Origin: Bacteroidota bacterium
GTDB lineage: Bacteria; Bacteroidota; Ignavibacteria; UBA10030; UBA8401
Direction of reading: 5' to 3'
NCBI GenBank assembly: GCA_021796215.1
Contig: JAJYOK010000001.1
Coordinates: forward strand, 6,934 to 70,933
Length of the DNA: 64,000 nucleotides
The notes under the pieces were generated by a model that did no database searches, was not told the origin of the DNA, and was given only the letters and a program-made list of their open reading frames with translations. Positions within the stretch are counted from its first letter, which is position 1, and the number at the start of each line of letters is the position of its first letter. Shown piece by piece: positions 37,970 to 48,453 of the stretch. The position numbers were made by a program, and so were the translations under genes.

Positions 37970-40522
37970 TTATCGCATGAGAATCATCTTTTTAGTTGCC
38001 AAAAAACTTCCTGCGCTTAACCGATAAAAGTACACACCGCTTGAAACATTGCCCGCATTCCATTCAATATCGTACGCGCCGGGAGATTTTTTCTCGTTCA
38101 CGAGCGTTGCAACTTCTCTTCCTAAGACGTCGAACACTTTCAACGACACAAATCCCGAAACCGGAATCTCGAAACGTAAATGTGTCGCCGGGTTGAACGG
38201 GTTGGGGTAGTTTTGGTTTAAGGTATATACGGTGGGCAGATGCCCTTTTCGAGATATTCCTGTTATGTCTACAGAAATTCTCTCCGAGTCGGTCCAACAT
38301 ATGTACCCATTTACTCCCAGCTCGAATTTTACATTGAAGTAACCAGGGAATGTCGACGTGTCATAATCAATTGCAAAGAACCTGTCGTTGCTTGGCGATG
38401 CACTTGCGCTTGCCGATATAGGGGCAAGCGCAAGCGTGAGAGGGGAGACCTTTGTTACCCACGGGTCGTTGCAGACCAAACTTACACTAGCATTCGTAAT
38501 TGTTAAAGTTGTGCCGTTATTCTTTATAAACGGTACAACGCCGCAGTAGGCGTATTCTCTCTGGTTTACCACGAAGACACTGTCTAATGTCAGAGGTCCC
38601 GCTGTAGTGAAACTCGCCACGTCTGGAAGTCGCCGGAACGTATCCTTTGTGATATCATTTGTTCTTACGCTGATATCGTACATATTCTCATCCAACGGCA
38701 CAGTGATATATCGTCCCCAAACGCTGTCTCCCGCACTTCCGTCCCCGTGAAGCCCGTCGTTGTACAAGGGTAGGCTGTCACGGACAGTTCCGGACAGGTC
38801 AGTAATGATTGCACTGACCGAGACCGAGTGGTTTAATGGATTTGCCAGGACGGCAGTAATACATACACTGTCCTCTCCCGATTGGGCATAGTGCCGATCA
38901 AGTGTAACGTTGTGGGTGTAAGTCAGTGTCGTGATCCAATCCAAGGCACGTTTAACTACGTCATCTTCTCCTTTTGCTACACCGTCCGGTGTAAGCCAAA
39001 CTTCCTCATCTACAGGGATAGATCTGCGATAAAGTTTCGCCGCTGTGTCCGGTGGTGTGTACCCAACGCTGACCGTTAAACCCATAAACCATCCACCACC
39101 GGGGACTTGATAACCAAAATTAGTAGGACCAAACCCGCCTGGTGAAGGCAGGCCGAATGTCCGGGTCATTGGATGTTGTCTCAACATATGAATTGAAATG
39201 TCTCCGTCTGAAAATGACCATGGCCCGGATAATACAGCAATGGGGCGATCATACAACTGTTGGTCACAGCCCGAGAAGGGAAGCCACTTGTCCCATTCAA
39301 CCGAGGGGCGCATGGTAAGATGATCCGTAGCGCTTGCACGTTCGAGAAAATTTATTATTGTCATATCTTGGTTGAATAATCTCCTGAAGCCATCGGTCCA
39401 CCGTGTCACCTCATCGCCCCCTTCATTGGTTCTTATGTCAATTATAAGACCATCAGAGCTACTATCAGCCATAAAGGTATTCACAGCTTGCAGGAATGCG
39501 GGTCCAATTGGCTGAACGTAAACGTTTACGTTTTCATCCCATCCCAGTATGTAGATGTAGCCAATCTTTGTTCCTTGAATGTACCCCCAACTCACACGCT
39601 GGCCTTTTGATATGTCCGGGAAAGGGACCCCATCAATTGCCATTTGTTCGGTTGCATGAATACCCGGCATTGAACCTGTAATAAGGCTTGTAGGAAGATG
39701 AACAGTGTCTCCGGTTGAATGCTTAACGATATCAATGGTATCAAAAAGGTGCCAGTTCATTCCGGCGGTAGACAACCACTGATGTGTGCCGGCTTTTTCC
39801 GAACACGCCATGACGATGTAGAATGACATCGGAAATTGAACTTCAAATAAATCCTTATAGAGATTTTTCCAAAGTCTTCCGTCGTAACCCAACACGATGT
39901 CCCCAGGGACTAAACCTAAAGGATGGTTTGTGACGGCAGCATAAACCAACAGCGTAGAATCCGGCAAGGGTGTAAGTGCAGCCCCAAAGTGGTCAGACTG
40001 TCCCCATGTCCATGATGGTAATTCATTTCCCATCGGAACAACGAGCGGCAAGTCTCTCTGTAAAGGCGTAAAAGCCACTGCGTTTTCAGTCATAAACACG
40101 TGACCATCGTGAAGAGACTGGACTAAGTGAGTGAGAATCCCTGATAACCTTCCTCTACTTACCCCCAGAGCTATCGTGTCCCTGTAATTTCTGAGTTCCT
40201 GCCATTTGTCCTCAATGCCTTCGAAGGCGGCATATCGTTGATCAATCGTATTCCAAAACAAGTCGAATACCTGTAGCTTTTCGGATGTTGTCTTTCCTTC
40301 TCCCCATGTCGAATCAATAAGATGCCGCCATTCTGAAAGAGTGTGCTTGCCGATGAGTTTGTCCTCCGTGGTGCTGTTGTTCGCTTTTGTGCCAAGCGGA
40401 GACAGCGGTTTTGAAGAACGATTCAGGTCTTGCGCTGTCGATGAAAGGAATGCAAGAGTAAGCAGAAGGGAGAGCTTGAAAACGATTCGAATTCGAGAAG
40501 ATTGTTGCTTCTTGGGATTCAT
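37970..40522 (-). CDS. S41 family peptidase with T9SS C-terminal sorting domain
   Basis: IGYIYI, LIIDIRTNEGG, SFSDGD; LYNDGLHGDG..GD motif; QNYPNPFNP CTD. Confidence 0.85.
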   Translation of the reverse strand: MNPKKQQSSRIRIVFKLSLLLTLAFLSSTAQDLNRSSKPLSPLGTKANNSTTEDKLIGKHTLSEWRHLIDSTWGEGKTTSEKLQVFDLFWNTIDQRYAAFEGIEDKWQELRNYRDTIALGVSRGRLSGILTHLVQSLHDGHVFMTENAVAFTPLQRDLPLVVPMGNELPSWTWGQSDHFGAALTPLPDSTLLVYAAVTNHPLGLVPGDIVLGYDGRLWKNLYKDLFEVQFPMSFYIVMACSEKAGTHQWLSTAGMNWHLFDTIDIVKHSTGDTVHLPTSLITGSMPGIHATEQMAIDGVPFPDISKGQRVSWGYIQGTKIGYIYILGWDENVNVYVQPIGPAFLQAVNTFMADSSSDGLIIDIRTNEGGDEVTRWTDGFRRLFNQDMTIINFLERASATDHLTMRPSVEWDKWLPFSGCDQQLYDRPIAVLSGPWSFSDGDISIHMLRQHPMTRTFGLPSPGGFGPTNFGYQVPGGGWFMGLTVSVGYTPPDTAAKLYRRSIPVDEEVWLTPDGVAKGEDDVVKRALDWITTLTYTHNVTLDRHYAQSGEDSVCITAVLANPLNHSVSVSAIITDLSGTVRDSLPLYNDGLHGDGSAGDSVWGRYITVPLDENMYDISVRTNDITKDTFRRLPDVASFTTAGPLTLDSVFVVNQREYAYCGVVPFIKNNGTTLTITNASVSLVCNDPWVTKVSPLTLALAPISASASASPSNDRFFAIDYDTSTFPGYFNVKFELGVNGYICWTDSERISVDITGISRKGHLPTVYTLNQNYPNPFNPATHLRFEIPVSGFVSLKVFDVLGREVATLVNEKKSPGAYDIEWNAGNVSSGVYFYRLSAGSFLATKKMILMR

Positions 40523-40778
40523 AACGCCTCCTTGTAATAGATCACAACATCACAATTTGTGAAGTAAGTGCAATCTTTTCATGATGCAGACACAGTTGAA
40601 ATTACATTTAGCTTTCAAATTTGTCTTGGAAAAATGCGCAACTTGGAGATGAACTGTTCCAAGGTGTGCAGAAATAAAAAACGAACGATGAAAATTTGCA
40701 TCTTACCCCCAAGATGAAGGAACTAACTATAAACTGACTAGAAGCATGTATCGGTAACTATGGTGGAGTACTTCGACT

Positions 40779-41810
40779 TTACCACCACTCGCTATTATTA
40801 ATTGCTTTTTCGTATGCTTGCTTGATAGTGTGGTAGGTCAAATAACGGCTGGTGTCCGGCGGCTGCGTTATGAATAATCCTGACCTGAACTTGAAGATTG
40901 TTTTTCCTTTCTCCCTCATAAACAGTTCAGGAGAATATCCTGTTGCGGTCTTGAATTCATCTATCAGGTGTGACTGATCAAAGTATCCTCTCGTATAGGC
41001 ACTCTCGTTCCAATTAACTGAACTTGCGACAACCAGATTATTCAGCAGATTCTTGAATCTCACGTTAATGGCATATTCTTTAGGCGAAAGGCCGACATGT
41101 TTACTGAATTGCCATTCTAGAGTTCGTTTCGAGATGTTCAATTCCTTTGCGAGTTGGGAAATGTGTATTTTGCCCCCATATTTTTCTATCAGTTTCAGTG
41201 CTCCGTCAGTACGCTCGCGAGTTCTTTGAAGCCGAGTGGTTGCCAATTTTTTTATAAAATACCGGTCAAGAATTTCTATTCTCTCTTTCAACGAAACAGA
41301 ATTGTTCAGACGGTCTTCCAGATTCCTGCCGTTTGGTCCAAATATTTCTTCAATGGTAAAGAAAGTATTTCGTAGTTCGCTTTCGGGTATTCCGAACAAG
41401 CGATAAAATCCACCAGCCTTGAACTTTACATGGATTTGCTTGTTGAATTTCCGTGGGATATCCATGTAAATGACATTATGGGTATTCCGCCCGCCCATAA
41501 CCAGACTACTGAAGTTGCTGCTTTGGCTACGGTCACATATTTTGTATAGAGTATCGTGATAACACAGATGAATCTCGATTGTGTCAATTGGTAGGAAGTG
41601 TATTCTTGGCACGTACACCCCGAGGTAATTTGTCAGGTTCATCTCCTCTCCGCCGTAAAACTCAATATACTCACTCAGAACTGACGCGGGCGGGGCTTCG
41701 AATGTCGCTGCGGACATACCATTGTGCTCATCAACGGCATTTAGCAAGGGGAGTAGTCCCTTACAAGGGAAATTTTTCTTTATTTCGAGCAAAGATTTAC
41801 AAGGTAACAT
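40779..41810 (-). CDS. AraC family transcriptional regulator
   Basis: LAKELNISKRTLEWQF..HVGLSPK and GYFDQSHLI.EFK..TG.SP HTH pair; likely start at 41717. Confidence 0.9.
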   Translation of the reverse strand: MLPCKSLLEIKKNFPCKGLLPLLNAVDEHNGMSAATFEAPPASVLSEYIEFYGGEEMNLTNYLGVYVPRIHFLPIDTIEIHLCYHDTLYKICDRSQSSNFSSLVMGGRNTHNVIYMDIPRKFNKQIHVKFKAGGFYRLFGIPESELRNTFFTIEEIFGPNGRNLEDRLNNSVSLKERIEILDRYFIKKLATTRLQRTRERTDGALKLIEKYGGKIHISQLAKELNISKRTLEWQFSKHVGLSPKEYAINVRFKNLLNNLVVASSVNWNESAYTRGYFDQSHLIDEFKTATGYSPELFMREKGKTIFKFRSGLFITQPPDTSRYLTYHTIKQAYEKAINNSEWW

Positions 41811-41817
41811 TTAATAT

Positions 41818-43305
41818 TTATTTTAGTAGGGACATTTTCTTCGTTACTGTAAAACTTCCTGCGCTCAAACGATAAAAATACACACCGCTCGGCGTTACAG
41901 AAGCATTCCACTCCACCTCGTATGTTCCGGGAGATTTGCGTTCGTTCACGAGCGTTGCAACTTCTCTTCCCAAGACGTCGAACACTTTCAGCGTCACAAA
42001 TTCTGAAACCGGAATCTCGAAACGTAAATGTGTCGCGGGGTTAAACGGGTTGGGGAAGTTTTGGTCCAAGTTAAACGACGCTAAGTGTGAAGGCTCTTCC
42101 TTAACTTCATCAATCGGTGAGATGACCATCCGAGAATAGATGTGAGAATGACCTGAGCGATTACTTTCCCACGCTACGAGAACATGTCCGCTGCTGTTGT
42201 AAAAGTACATATTTGATCCTATGCATGCGTTTCTGTTATAACCCGCACTTTTAAGTGTGTCAGAGTCGCCTCCACTGAAAAAAAGAAGCAATGAATCTGG
42301 ATTGGCCGCTGGAAATTTTTCCATTACTAAAACGCTGTAGTAAGGAAAGAATGCACTGCTTTTTGTAGCCCCTCGTTTTGTAATCACTGGGTTGACAAAT
42401 ACACGTGGGTTTCGATCATCTGCTAAAGGGTCATTCGATATATTTTGATAATAACCTCCCCAAGAATATACTTCGCGGTCGCTGTTGAGAACGGTTTCAA
42501 ACAAAACTGCATTGCTGTAAAACCCCACCAACCGTGGATTGAAAGCGCTTTGTTCAAAGGAGAGGGTTTCCGGAGTAGAGAAAGAAAGTGTTGGATATGT
42601 CGAGAGTCGCTGGTAGATCATAATATTTTTCCCTGATGTATCACGAGAAGTCCACACAAGATTTCCATCGCCATACGACGCAGAAATATCGAACTCGAGA
42701 GAATCAGAAGTGCTGACAGCGACGGTTTCTGGTGCCGTAAACGTTAACGGGTTTAGCAATGAATACAGCAGCACGGATTTTCTTTTCCAAAAAATTATAA
42801 ATGTAGAATCTTGCAACGGGCGGACCTGAACATCGGTGTTATCAACAGTATCATGAGTCAGCGGTTCCCGAGTTGACCATGCTGAATCATTGTCAATAAG
42901 GCGGCTGTAATAAATGTTCCACACAGTATCTTGTTTGCATTCCCATACCGCCAGATGGAATGTACCGCGATAATAATAAGAAGAAGATAGTTCGGCAATG
43001 TCTGGTTTCCTCTGAGAAAGGGGAGTGTTCTTAACCGAAATTGAAACGAGCGTCGAGTCCCACATAACGCCCGTTCCGCTACTGTTAAATTTTTTTCCTA
43101 TAATTTCTGAAGTTGTGCCAGTATTACGTGCAAAGACAAGCCACGTTTGCCCGCCTGAAAACCCAGGGCTGTGGGAAAGTGCGGGATCGGTATCATCACA
43201 TTCACCCGCGGTTACCGTATCAACTTTCCCGAAAGGAGTATTCGATTGAGCAAAGCATAGAGTTGGAACACAAAGAGCAGTGAAAAGAATGATCATTTTT
43301 TTCAT
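41818..43305 (-). CDS. T9SS-secreted protein (beta-rich, unknown function)
   Basis: Signal peptide; C-terminal QNFPNPFNP...GVYFYRL...TKKM. Confidence 0.85.
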   Translation of the reverse strand: MKKMIILFTALCVPTLCFAQSNTPFGKVDTVTAGECDDTDPALSHSPGFSGGQTWLVFARNTGTTSEIIGKKFNSSGTGVMWDSTLVSISVKNTPLSQRKPDIAELSSSYYYRGTFHLAVWECKQDTVWNIYYSRLIDNDSAWSTREPLTHDTVDNTDVQVRPLQDSTFIIFWKRKSVLLYSLLNPLTFTAPETVAVSTSDSLEFDISASYGDGNLVWTSRDTSGKNIMIYQRLSTYPTLSFSTPETLSFEQSAFNPRLVGFYSNAVLFETVLNSDREVYSWGGYYQNISNDPLADDRNPRVFVNPVITKRGATKSSAFFPYYSVLVMEKFPAANPDSLLLFFSGGDSDTLKSAGYNRNACIGSNMYFYNSSGHVLVAWESNRSGHSHIYSRMVISPIDEVKEEPSHLASFNLDQNFPNPFNPATHLRFEIPVSEFVTLKVFDVLGREVATLVNERKSPGTYEVEWNASVTPSGVYFYRLSAGSFTVTKKMSLLK

Positions 43306-43331
43306 AGCGAGATTCCTTTGTTATGCGAGAC

Positions 43332-45500
43332 TTATTTGAGCACCATAAGTTTTTTCGTTTCAATATATTTACCACTTTGCAAGCGATAGAAGTACACGCC
43401 GCTTGAAACATTGCCCGCATTCCACTCCACCTCGTATGTTCCGGGAGATTTGCGTTCGTTTACGAGCGTTGCAATTTCTCTTCCCAAAACGTCGAACACT
43501 TTCAACGACACGAATCCGAAATCAGCAATCGAAAATCGGAAATGTGTAGCCGGGTTGAATGGGTTGGGGAAATTTTGGGAAAGAGAAAAAACGTTTGGGA
43601 CGGGATGCGGGTTCTCTTTTACAGCAACGACTGTACCGTACGTTTTGTCATTGATGATTGCCTCGGAAAGCAGCATGTCATACGAAAGTCCCGTTGCCAT
43701 TTCTATAATACCAATGCTGTCGGCGATGGAAGAAAACGGAGCGATGGCACCAAACATTTTAAATATTGTTTTCATTTTTCCAAACACGTTATCAGTGAGG
43801 ATATCTTGAACGCGTTCATGGTCGCCAATAGTATCTCCTATGCTTTTTGAAAAATCATATAGAACATGGTCGGTGCTGTCGTTTGAAGAATAAAGATACA
43901 CTCTGAATCCATCTTTCCGCACATACGAGCTTTTGAGAATGTAACCTGCATCCGATTTTAGAAGCACATACGATTTGCCGTTTGGCATAACAGTGTCTTT
44001 TTCCGCTCTCACGTTATCGTATCCTACGAAGGAAGACAACGGGTCCGGGTTCTCAATATTTGTGACGTAGTATTGCCATAAATCACCGACATGAAGAGGA
44101 AAATCAAAATCTTCAGTTTTTCCGACATCGTCAAGAGAAAAGTTGAGAAGCACATTTGTTGAGTCTCTTTTTCCTGTGAGCCAGATGCGGTTGGTTCCAT
44201 CCACATACGAGGAAGGGAAAATTGTGTACATGGAAGAAAGAGGCGCAAGCTTAGCAGAATCAGTGGTAGAATATTTCATGAGATATGATGTGGTTGGAGT
44301 ACTGGTCAGTAAAACATGCTGGTTGCCAGCTGAGTCTACAAGGATCTGACTGAGTGTCAAATTGAAGATGCCGAGATAATGTTCCGCAAGCTTTTTAAGG
44401 GGGCTTCCTGCTTTGGAAATATGATATTGCAGAAAAGATGAATCGTTTCTCGAAACAATACTGAATATTCCCACATTCCCGTTTTTCAAAAAAATTGTTT
44501 GTGCATGTGTGTCGTTCAGTGAATCAATATACAATCCACTTCCTTTAGAATAGTGAATGATATAACTTTCTTGTGAAACGCTGCTGTAATTGTAGTGCCA
44601 CACGATATGGATTGCTCCGCTTGAATCAACGTTCCATTGAGTTGATCTCTTTAGGAGCGGGTACCACGAACCCGCGTACGGGTTTAAAATGATTATTTGT
44701 AAGTGTACAGCAGTTCCCAAATGGTTTGCGCTTCCCGCAATGTAACTCAAATACCCAATTTGCTGGTTTGAAGAATCCGCTTCAAGAAAAATTATATAGA
44801 CACTATCATTCTTTACTTTGATTTCAGGATAAAATCCTCTACCAATTTCAACCGGCGTTGAGTATTCTCCGTTTGAATTTCTTGATTGATAGTAAAGTGT
44901 TGATGAGTATTTGGAGAAATCAAAGCTGTAAATCGAATCAATCGGAGAAATTTTTTCCCACACAAAATGAAGTGTGTTGCTTTTGTCTGATGTTATTGCA
45001 GGATGAAGTCCGTTTTGTAGCGTGAGTATTTTCTGAAAGGAATCACCGTTATATTTTGCGAGCGAAAGAGTAGGCAAAGAATCGTAGTATATGTTCGGTG
45101 GGACATCGGTGTATGTTTGTCGCATATTGCTCCACAGAGCGAACAAAGAATCCGCTGATGTCATGACGAAAGAATTGTCAATGACATTTGCTCCGCCGCC
45201 AAGCCCGTAGGAGCGGCTCTCTTCAACATCCGGCAAAAGGATGATCTTTTTGGCGAGTGAAGTGGGGGACAAAATGCAATATGTCAATGAGGTTGTTCCC
45301 CAATAGTCAGATAAAGGGAAACTCCAGTCTAATGATGAAACTCCTGGAATAAAAAATCCTGCCGAGGCGGCTGCGATTGATGAAGAATTTGTTTTGTAGG
45401 GCAGTTTCGGAAAAACTTCTTCATTGATGATTTGCGCAGAAGCGGAAAAGAAAATGAGGGGAATGCCGGTAACTATCAGTATGAAACGCAACGATTTCAT
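43332..45500 (-). CDS. T9SS-secreted protein (unknown function)
   Basis: Signal peptide; FPLHVGD.WQY module; C-terminal QNFPNPFNP CTD. Confidence 0.85.
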   Translation of the reverse strand: MKSLRFILIVTGIPLIFFSASAQIINEEVFPKLPYKTNSSSIAAASAGFFIPGVSSLDWSFPLSDYWGTTSLTYCILSPTSLAKKIILLPDVEESRSYGLGGGANVIDNSFVMTSADSLFALWSNMRQTYTDVPPNIYYDSLPTLSLAKYNGDSFQKILTLQNGLHPAITSDKSNTLHFVWEKISPIDSIYSFDFSKYSSTLYYQSRNSNGEYSTPVEIGRGFYPEIKVKNDSVYIIFLEADSSNQQIGYLSYIAGSANHLGTAVHLQIIILNPYAGSWYPLLKRSTQWNVDSSGAIHIVWHYNYSSVSQESYIIHYSKGSGLYIDSLNDTHAQTIFLKNGNVGIFSIVSRNDSSFLQYHISKAGSPLKKLAEHYLGIFNLTLSQILVDSAGNQHVLLTSTPTTSYLMKYSTTDSAKLAPLSSMYTIFPSSYVDGTNRIWLTGKRDSTNVLLNFSLDDVGKTEDFDFPLHVGDLWQYYVTNIENPDPLSSFVGYDNVRAEKDTVMPNGKSYVLLKSDAGYILKSSYVRKDGFRVYLYSSNDSTDHVLYDFSKSIGDTIGDHERVQDILTDNVFGKMKTIFKMFGAIAPFSSIADSIGIIEMATGLSYDMLLSEAIINDKTYGTVVAVKENPHPVPNVFSLSQNFPNPFNPATHFRFSIADFGFVSLKVFDVLGREIATLVNERKSPGTYEVEWNAGNVSSGVYFYRLQSGKYIETKKLMVLK

Positions 45501-45519
45501 GTCGCTCTCCTTGTAATTC

Positions 45520-45984
45520 TTATGAGATAGATTGCGTTCTCTTAATGCTCTCCTCGGTTTGCTTCAGGATTGCATCGCACGACATGTGCAGGGCGTGGAG
45601 AATTGCATCGGTCGAAACGAATACGGGAAGATCATTGTGATAAATTTCGCTGAACGCTTCGCCGAAGGAATTTTTCCTCAAGCGATCTGTAACGACAAAT
45701 CCGTGGTGTGTAAGCAGCGCTTTTTCGTCTGTCGTCAGCGCGTAATGCGCATCAATGCTGTCGAAGTAAGCAGCGGCGGCGAAATTGAGTGATGCGTGTG
45801 GGACAAACCGCCCTGCATCGTACAGAACGGCTAGTTGCTCGGATGTGAGATTTTGATGTGCGGTGAGAAAATTTTTGTACGATTCAATTGTGAATTGCTG
45901 GTTTCCTTGCGAGAAGCAGATTGACCCCGACAGAAACGGGATTAAGAGCGTCGTAAGGAAGATGTGCCGGTATTGTGTTTTCAT
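45520..45984 (-). pseudogene. Truncated N-terminal fragment of a DUF3160-like secreted protein
   Basis: Signal peptide; E..LL..HGFVV...F..IY.NDLPVFVSTDAILH motif; ORF ends after about 154 aa. Confidence 0.6.
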
Positions 45985-46213
45985 AGCACTTATCTCCTTT
46001 CGAACGGTAGGGTATTCACTCGGAAATGTACTTTTCATCGGTAAGAATTGCAATAGCAACTCAAGATTTATAGTGAGATATTTGAGAAACTCCCGGTTTG
46101 TCCGCTTGCGTAATCTTTTGGCGGAGAAGTTTGCAATCGCATGCTTTTCTCGCTACATTTATTCCAACCATTCACATAGGTTGCCACCGCGTACAATGGG
46201 TGAAAGACTGTTA

Positions 46214-46292
46214 TACGCAGAGGCGCTGAGACGCGAAGAATATTTTTCAGAATGAATTTGATCGGATTCTCTGCGCTTTTGCGACTCAGCGT
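46214..46292. repeat. Octamer-periodic inverted-repeat element
   Basis: cgcagagg-cgctgaga-cgcgaaga ... tctctgcg-cttttgcg-actcagcg. Confidence 0.65.
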
Positions 46293-46328
46293 TGGAAAAA
46301 ATATTTTACAAACAAACTAACTCCAAGA

Positions 46329-47837
46329 ATGAACTCTATTACCGTTGTTCTTCCGTATGCTGCACATCTGCAGTCCGAGTCCCGCGCAAACGGGCTGAAT
46401 CAATTTATCAAGTCGGAACTTGTCAGCAAAATTCTTCTTTTGCATGATGGCGATGCCGGCGTAGCATTTCCAAAATGTGTAGGAATGAAAGTCAAATCGC
46501 CGACATCAGGTGCAGCCATCAATGCATTTCTGAAAAAAATCACCACCCCGTTTTTTCTTTTCGTGCCGCAGTCTCAACAAGTAGAATTAAGCCAGCTCGC
46601 GCTTGAGCGTTTTGTTTCTGTTGCAGAACAAACAGGCGCAGGAATGATCTACGCCGATTATTATGAAGTGAAAAACGGCCAGTTGAAAACCCCTTTGAGG
46701 CGGTCCGATCATCCGGTGAACGATTATCAGTTAGGAAGCATTCGGGATAATTTTGATTTTGGAGCGATGCTGCTGTTCAATACGAACGCTGTGCGAAAAA
46801 CTTTGAAGCGTTACGGCGGCACGCAAGGCGTAGCGAAGGTTGAACGCGCCGGATTGTATGATCTCCGGCTGAAGCTTTCAATTGATTACGAACTTTTTCA
46901 CATTCAGGAATATCTTTATACTAAAGTCGAATCCGATGTCCGAAAGAGCGGCGAGAAATTATTCGATTATGTTGATCCGCGCAATCAGTTCGTTCAAAAG
47001 GAATTGGAGTCCGTTGCAACGCAGCATCTCAAAAACATCGACGCATATCTGAAGCCAAAGTTCAGCAAAGTGCCGAAATTTGACGCGCAGTTTCCGGTAG
47101 AAGCAAGCGTGATTATTCCGGTACGGAATCGTGAGCGAACGGTTGCCGACGCTGTGAAAAGTGCGCTTTCGCAAAAAACGAATTTCCCCTTCAACGTGAT
47201 TGTTGTTGACAATCATTCGACCGATGGAACGACCGCAATTCTTTCTGAACTGGCGGCAAAAAATTCCGGAGTGAAGCACATCATTCCATTACGGGACGAT
47301 CTCGGCATTGGCGGATGCTGGAACGAAGCTGTGTTCTCCGAACATTGCGGACGGTACGCCGTGCAGTTGGATTCCGACGATATGTACAACAGTGAAAATA
47401 CTCTGCAGAAGGTGGTTGATCTTTTCCACAGCGGCAAATACGCAATGATTGTCGGCTCGTATCAGTTGGTGAATTCCGAGTTGAAGGAAATTCCGCCGGG
47501 ATTGATCGATCATAAAGAATGGACGCCGGACAATGGAAGAAATAATGCGCTGCGCATTAACGGACTTGGTGCACCTCGTGCTTTTCACACGGCATTGCTT
47601 CGTCAAGTCGGCTTGCCGAATGTAAGTTACGGTGAAGATTATGCCGTCGCGCTGAGGCTTTCGCGGGAATATCAAATTGGCAGAATTTATGAAAGCCTGT
47701 ACCTTTGCCGAAGGTGGGAAGGCAACACCGATGCGGCGCTTCCGATTGATAAAATAAACCGCAACGATTGGTACAAAGATAAAATCCGAACGATTGAAAT
47801 TTTAGCAAGACAAAAGCTAAATCGAAGTAAAAGGTAA
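46329..47837 (+). CDS. Glycosyltransferase family 2 protein (two-domain)
   Basis: [31 protein letters not shown]; degenerate GT-A-like N-domain. Confidence 0.9.
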   Translation: MNSITVVLPYAAHLQSESRANGLNQFIKSELVSKILLLHDGDAGVAFPKCVGMKVKSPTSGAAINAFLKKITTPFFLFVPQSQQVELSQLALERFVSVAEQTGAGMIYADYYEVKNGQLKTPLRRSDHPVNDYQLGSIRDNFDFGAMLLFNTNAVRKTLKRYGGTQGVAKVERAGLYDLRLKLSIDYELFHIQEYLYTKVESDVRKSGEKLFDYVDPRNQFVQKELESVATQHLKNIDAYLKPKFSKVPKFDAQFPVEASVIIPVRNRERTVADAVKSALSQKTNFPFNVIVVDNHSTDGTTAILSELAAKNSGVKHIIPLRDDLGIGGCWNEAVFSEHCGRYAVQLDSDDMYNSENTLQKVVDLFHSGKYAMIVGSYQLVNSELKEIPPGLIDHKEWTPDNGRNNALRINGLGAPRAFHTALLRQVGLPNVSYGEDYAVALRLSREYQIGRIYESLYLCRRWEGNTDAALPIDKINRNDWYKDKIRTIEILARQKLNRSKR

Positions 47838-47901
47838 AATGGAAAAAGGAAGATGGATGAAACAATCTTCTTCCATTTCCCATCTCACATTTCCCCTTTT
47901 T
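47829..47901. repeat. Heptamer inverted-repeat element without passenger gene
   Basis: aaaaggt-aaaatgg-aaaaagg-aagatgg ... ttccatt-tcccatc-tcacatt-tcccctt. Confidence 0.7.
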
Positions 47902-47904
47902 CTT

Positions 47905-48429
47905 ATGGCAGACACTGTCAATATCCGGGTTTGGACACAAAATGATCTTGAAGTGATTCGAAAGATCACGTGGGAAACGTGGCTTGCAACGTACGCAGAG
48001 TTTATTCCGGAAGAAGATTTACGATCGTACTTCGACACGAACTATTCTTCCGATAAGCTGCGCAAGTTGTACCATTCCGTTTTCATGAAAGGATTTCTTG
48101 CGGAAGTAAACGGCGTTACCGCTGGCTGCATGAGAACATTCTTGAACAAAGAAGAAAATCGTTTTTATGTTTCGTCACTGTATATTCTACCGCAGTTTCA
48201 GGGAAAAGGAATCGGCAAACGGTTGATGGCTGAAGCAGAAGAGTGCGCGCGCGGTTATCACCTCGGTCAAGTGTGGCTCGGCGTGATGGAACAAAATATT
48301 CATGCGCTGGAATGGTACAAGGCGCAAGGTTTTGAATTTCCTGAGGAAGCGCCGTTCGTGATGGGGAAAACATCCGTCAATCATTTTATCGGCTTCAAAC
48401 GAATTTACCCGGACACTTTACCGCAATGA
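47905..48429 (+). CDS. GNAT family N-acetyltransferase
   Basis: ETW..TY, LYILPQFQGKGIG motif A, WLGV...N..A..WY...GF. Confidence 0.9.
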   Translation: MADTVNIRVWTQNDLEVIRKITWETWLATYAEFIPEEDLRSYFDTNYSSDKLRKLYHSVFMKGFLAEVNGVTAGCMRTFLNKEENRFYVSSLYILPQFQGKGIGKRLMAEAEECARGYHLGQVWLGVMEQNIHALEWYKAQGFEFPEEAPFVMGKTSVNHFIGFKRIYPDTLPQ

Positions 48430-48453
48430 CGCGGCGGCGCAAAGCGACTTTTT

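Noticed and set aside
37970-40522. LYNDGLHGDG motif as a sign of a novel system
   Set aside because: Resembles a known accessory module of T9SS-secreted proteins; nothing in the context suggests more
47839-47904. N-terminal extensions of GNAT (47839), TIR-like (32725) and 56845 ORFs
   Set aside because: They are translated heptamer/octamer repeat DNA; downstream ATGs fit better
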